Source: Acidobacteriota bacterium
Lineage (GTDB): Bacteria; Acidobacteriota; Thermoanaerobaculia; Multivoradales; UBA5704
Direction of reading: 5' to 3'
Assembly (NCBI GenBank): GCA_040005235.1
Contig: JBDTZG010000027.1
Location: forward strand, 8,900 to 72,899
DNA: 64,000 bases
The notes under the pieces are model-generated. The model searched no databases. It had not been told where the DNA came from and saw nothing but the letters and a program-made list of their open reading frames with translations. Positions 61,115 through 64,000 of the stretch are shown here, piece after piece. The stretch's first letter is position 1. Each line of letters opens with the position of its first letter. A program made the translations under genes and the position numbers.

Positions 61115-63046
61115 ATGCCTACCCCCCCGGTGGCGGACGACCGGCTGGAACCTTCCGACGCCCCTTCGGAAGGCCGACCGACTCCCACCGGCAAGCGCCT
61201 CGCCCTGTTATCGCTCGGCGCGCTCGGCATCGTCTACGGCGACCTGGGAACAAGCCCGCTCTATTCCCTGCGGGAGTGTTTCCATGGTGTCCATTCGGTC
61301 CCGCCCAACGCCCAAAACGTGCTCGGCGTCCTCTCGCTCGTTTTCTGGGCCTTGGTGGTCGTCGTCACGATCAAATACAACGTGTACGTTCTCTCGGCCG
61401 ACAACCGCGGCGAAGGAGGAGTCCTCGCCCTGATGACGCTGGTCCGCGGCAAGATCGACGGCCCCAAAGCGCGCAAAGCGGTGGTTGCCGTCGGCTTGTT
61501 CGGCGCGGCTCTCCTCTATGGCGACGGCATGATCACCCCGGCGATCTCGGTGCTCTCGGCGGTCGAAGGGCTGTCGGTCGCAACTTCCACCTTCACCCCT
61601 TACCTGGTGCCGATCACGGTCGCGATCCTGGTTCTCTTGTTCGCTTTCCAAAGGACCGGCACCGGCGGCCTGGGCAAGGTGTTCGGCCCGATCATGCTGC
61701 TCTGGTTCGGCACGCTCGCGGTGCTCGGAGCGCGCTGGGTGGTCCAAGCGCCCGAGGTGCTGAAGGCGGTGAACCCCTACTACGCCTTTCGCTTCTTCGA
61801 GCTGAACCACGGCCGCGGCTTCCTGGTGCTCGGCGCGGTTTTTCTGGTCGCGACCGGTGGCGAGGCGCTCTACGCCGACCTCGGGCACTTCGGCGAAAGG
61901 CCGATCCAGATCGATTGGTTTTCGATCGTCGCCCCCTCCCTGCTGCTCAACTACTTCGGCCAGGGCGCCCTCCTTCTCCACGACCCGAGTGCGTCGTGGA
62001 ATCCGTTCTACAACCTCGCACCGCCTTGGGCGCTCTTCCCGCTGGTGGGGCTTGCGACCGCCGCCACCGTAATCGCCTCGCAGGCCGTGATCTCCGGCGC
62101 TTTTTCGCTCACCCATCAGGCGGTCCAACTCGGCTATTTGCCGCGCACCACGATCATCCACACCTCGCAAGGCGAGATCGGCCAGATCTACGTTCCGGCG
62201 GTCAATTGGTTGATCGCTGCAGCCACCATCGGCCTGGTCCTCGGCTTCCGCTCGTCGAGCAGCCTCGCCGCGGCCTACGGCATGGCGGTGACCACGACGA
62301 TGGTCATCACGACTCTCCTCGCCCACATCGTGACGCGGCGGATCTGGCGCTGGCCGATTTGGGCGACGATCGCGACCACGGTTTCCTTCCTCGCGGTCGA
62401 CCTGTCGTTCTTCGGCGCGAACGCGATCAAATTCCGCGACGGCGGCTGGGTGCCGATCGTGGTCGGCCTCCTCGTCTTCGTTCAGATGACGACCTGGGAA
62501 CGGGGACGCTGCCTCTTGGCCGAAAAGCTCGCCCGCGACCGGTTCAACGTTCGCGACTTCATCTCCCAGCTGGACGCCGACCGCCTGCCGCGCAATCCGC
62601 GCACCGCCGTCTTCATGGCGCGCGACCCGGAGGGAGTCCCCTCCGCCCTGCTCCACAACTTAAAGCACAACGGCGTCCTGCACGACCGCATCTTGCTGCT
62701 CAACGTCCAAACCCTGGAAGCCCCGGAAGCGTCGAAAAAAGAACGTCTTGAGGTCATCGACCTCGGCCGCGGCTTTTACCAAGTGAGCGTTCGCTTCGGC
62801 TTCATGGAAGCCCCCAATGTTCCAGAAGCCCTGTCCGGCCTCCCCGCCTTCGGTCTCGACCTCTCGCCGATGAAGATCACCTACTTCCTGGGCAAAGAGA
62901 CCCTCATCCCCAAAGGCAGCAAAGGTATGTGGCCCCTGCGCAAAAAACTCTTCGCCCTGATGGCCCGAAACTCCCAAACCGCCAGCCGCTTCTTCCACCT
63001 ACCGCCCAACCGGGTGATCGAGCTGGGGCAGCAGTTGGAGTTTTAG
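61115..63046 (+). CDS. kup: Potassium transporter Kup (copy 2)
   Basis: Same motifs; HNLKHN, PPNRVIELG. Confidence 0.95.
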   Translation: MPTPPVADDRLEPSDAPSEGRPTPTGKRLALLSLGALGIVYGDLGTSPLYSLRECFHGVHSVPPNAQNVLGVLSLVFWALVVVVTIKYNVYVLSADNRGEGGVLALMTLVRGKIDGPKARKAVVAVGLFGAALLYGDGMITPAISVLSAVEGLSVATSTFTPYLVPITVAILVLLFAFQRTGTGGLGKVFGPIMLLWFGTLAVLGARWVVQAPEVLKAVNPYYAFRFFELNHGRGFLVLGAVFLVATGGEALYADLGHFGERPIQIDWFSIVAPSLLLNYFGQGALLLHDPSASWNPFYNLAPPWALFPLVGLATAATVIASQAVISGAFSLTHQAVQLGYLPRTTIIHTSQGEIGQIYVPAVNWLIAAATIGLVLGFRSSSSLAAAYGMAVTTTMVITTLLAHIVTRRIWRWPIWATIATTVSFLAVDLSFFGANAIKFRDGGWVPIVVGLLVFVQMTTWERGRCLLAEKLARDRFNVRDFISQLDADRLPRNPRTAVFMARDPEGVPSALLHNLKHNGVLHDRILLLNVQTLEAPEASKKERLEVIDLGRGFYQVSVRFGFMEAPNVPEALSGLPAFGLDLSPMKITYFLGKETLIPKGSKGMWPLRKKLFALMARNSQTASRFFHLPPNRVIELGQQLEF

Positions 63047-63949
63047 GGGGCAACTTGGGCGGACGACCACTGCCAGCCGAACCAAAGCACCGAGCCCAAC
63101 TAGAGCTGCGGCGGCAGCTCGATCACCAACCCGACTCCGCCAAGCGAGCGCAAGTTCCTCCACACGCAGCTCCGCCCAGGCAAGGGCTTCTGAAATGGAG
63201 GAGCCGATTTCGATGACCTTTTGCAGCCTAGCCTCCAAACTTACTGGAGTTCGAGCAAACCTGGGCTCGCCCCCGAGGAATTGCTGCTTCCACACGCAGG
63301 AAGGCAATCGCCAAGTCCTCTCGAAAGCCTCAACTAAAATTGTTGCGTGACGCTGAAACCAAACGGCGAGTTGCGGATACTTAACTGGAGACGTCGTTCC
63401 CTGATTTTTGTCGCGAATTTCTGCCGCACCCCAAATCCCGAGCAGCTGTTCAAAAAAAACAGCTGACTCGACTATCGCCTGAATCTCAGCACCATTTGAT
63501 TCCTGAAGCACGCCAAGCAAATAATCAGTGACTGCAGGGGTGAAGTATTTGGCGCTGCGCTCTCCTGACCGAAGTGCATCGATAGCGACAAAGCTTCCTT
63601 CCAGATTCTTCAACTGGGTCATAAATTCAATTCCAGAGAGATATCTACCATTACGATTTAAAGAGAGCGATTGAACCGCGGCAACCAAGTCGTCAAGAGG
63701 AGTCGCCGCCGGCAGAAAAAGCATACCTAGCAGGATTGTCTGCGCATCTGTCGAGAGCTGACTCTTAAAGGCATGGTCCCACAAACTAGCCGGGTCATTC
63801 AGTACATCTAGCATAAATGATCTCAAATCTCGATACTCTGAGTCAGGCACTTCAGCGCGTCGTATCGCGAACTCGACCAGTCGTGGACTAAAGTTTGAAT
63901 GCTTCACAACCTCTCTATAACTGCGCTTTTCACAGAACTCCCGAACGGC
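62999..63949 (-). pseudogene. Fragment resembling the post-NTPase region of nSTAND-type (defence-associated) proteins
   Basis: YREVVKHSNFSPRLVEF...LNDPASLWDHAFKSQLS pattern; lower GC; in-frame stop at 63986-88 upstream and no P-loop in the frame; family call from memory. Confidence 0.45.
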
Positions 63950-64000
63950 TAGCAGCCCGTGGCAGAAGGGCCGTTTTCCTGAGGTTCAGGTCCACTGAGC
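63949..64000. mobile_element. Probable end of an IS5/IS1182-type insertion sequence at a CTAG target
   Basis: CTAG-CAGCCCGTGGCAGAA...; the minus strand reads TTCTGCCACGGGCTGCTAG, like the TTCAACAGCCTGCTAG-type termini of these families; coincides with the break in the ORF. Confidence 0.5.

Overview
GC-rich bacterial window. The gene repertoire (Ser/Thr kinase-TPR protein, YfhO-like glycosyltransferases, sulfatase-like protein, an atypical EF-Tu switch-I region) suggests Acidobacteriota, possibly Thermoanaerobaculia; this is inference. Bases 1-10.7 kb hold the minus-strand str-S10-start of spc ribosomal superoperon (rpsL to rplX). After it come: an islet at the 3' end of tRNA-Phe (Cys-rich secreted peptide, gene remnants, a large inverted array of 21-bp repeats, vapBC); a kinase-TPR gene; a lower-GC lipoprotein plus Ig-repeat metalloprotease pair; LPS heptose genes; pilB; a pduO-carH (B12 photoreceptor) region with a CarH-type operator in front of an orphan ORF; dinB coupled to a ligase-associated exonuclease; an ORF6N gene; fumC; a 13-kb surface-glycan cluster; a 41-bp palindromic tandem array before higBA; a fused ApeI/ApeP-like dehydratase; two tandem kup genes; and a STAND-NTPase-like remnant cut by a probable IS end at the right edge. 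The most unusual signal is the ORF6N (KilA-N-like) cassette. A 29-bp palindrome with perfect 14-bp arms encodes the protein's own LRSQIATSN motif, and identical copies of it bracket the gene as 35-bp direct repeats. All calls were made by eye from the sequence and the ORF track; no database search was run.
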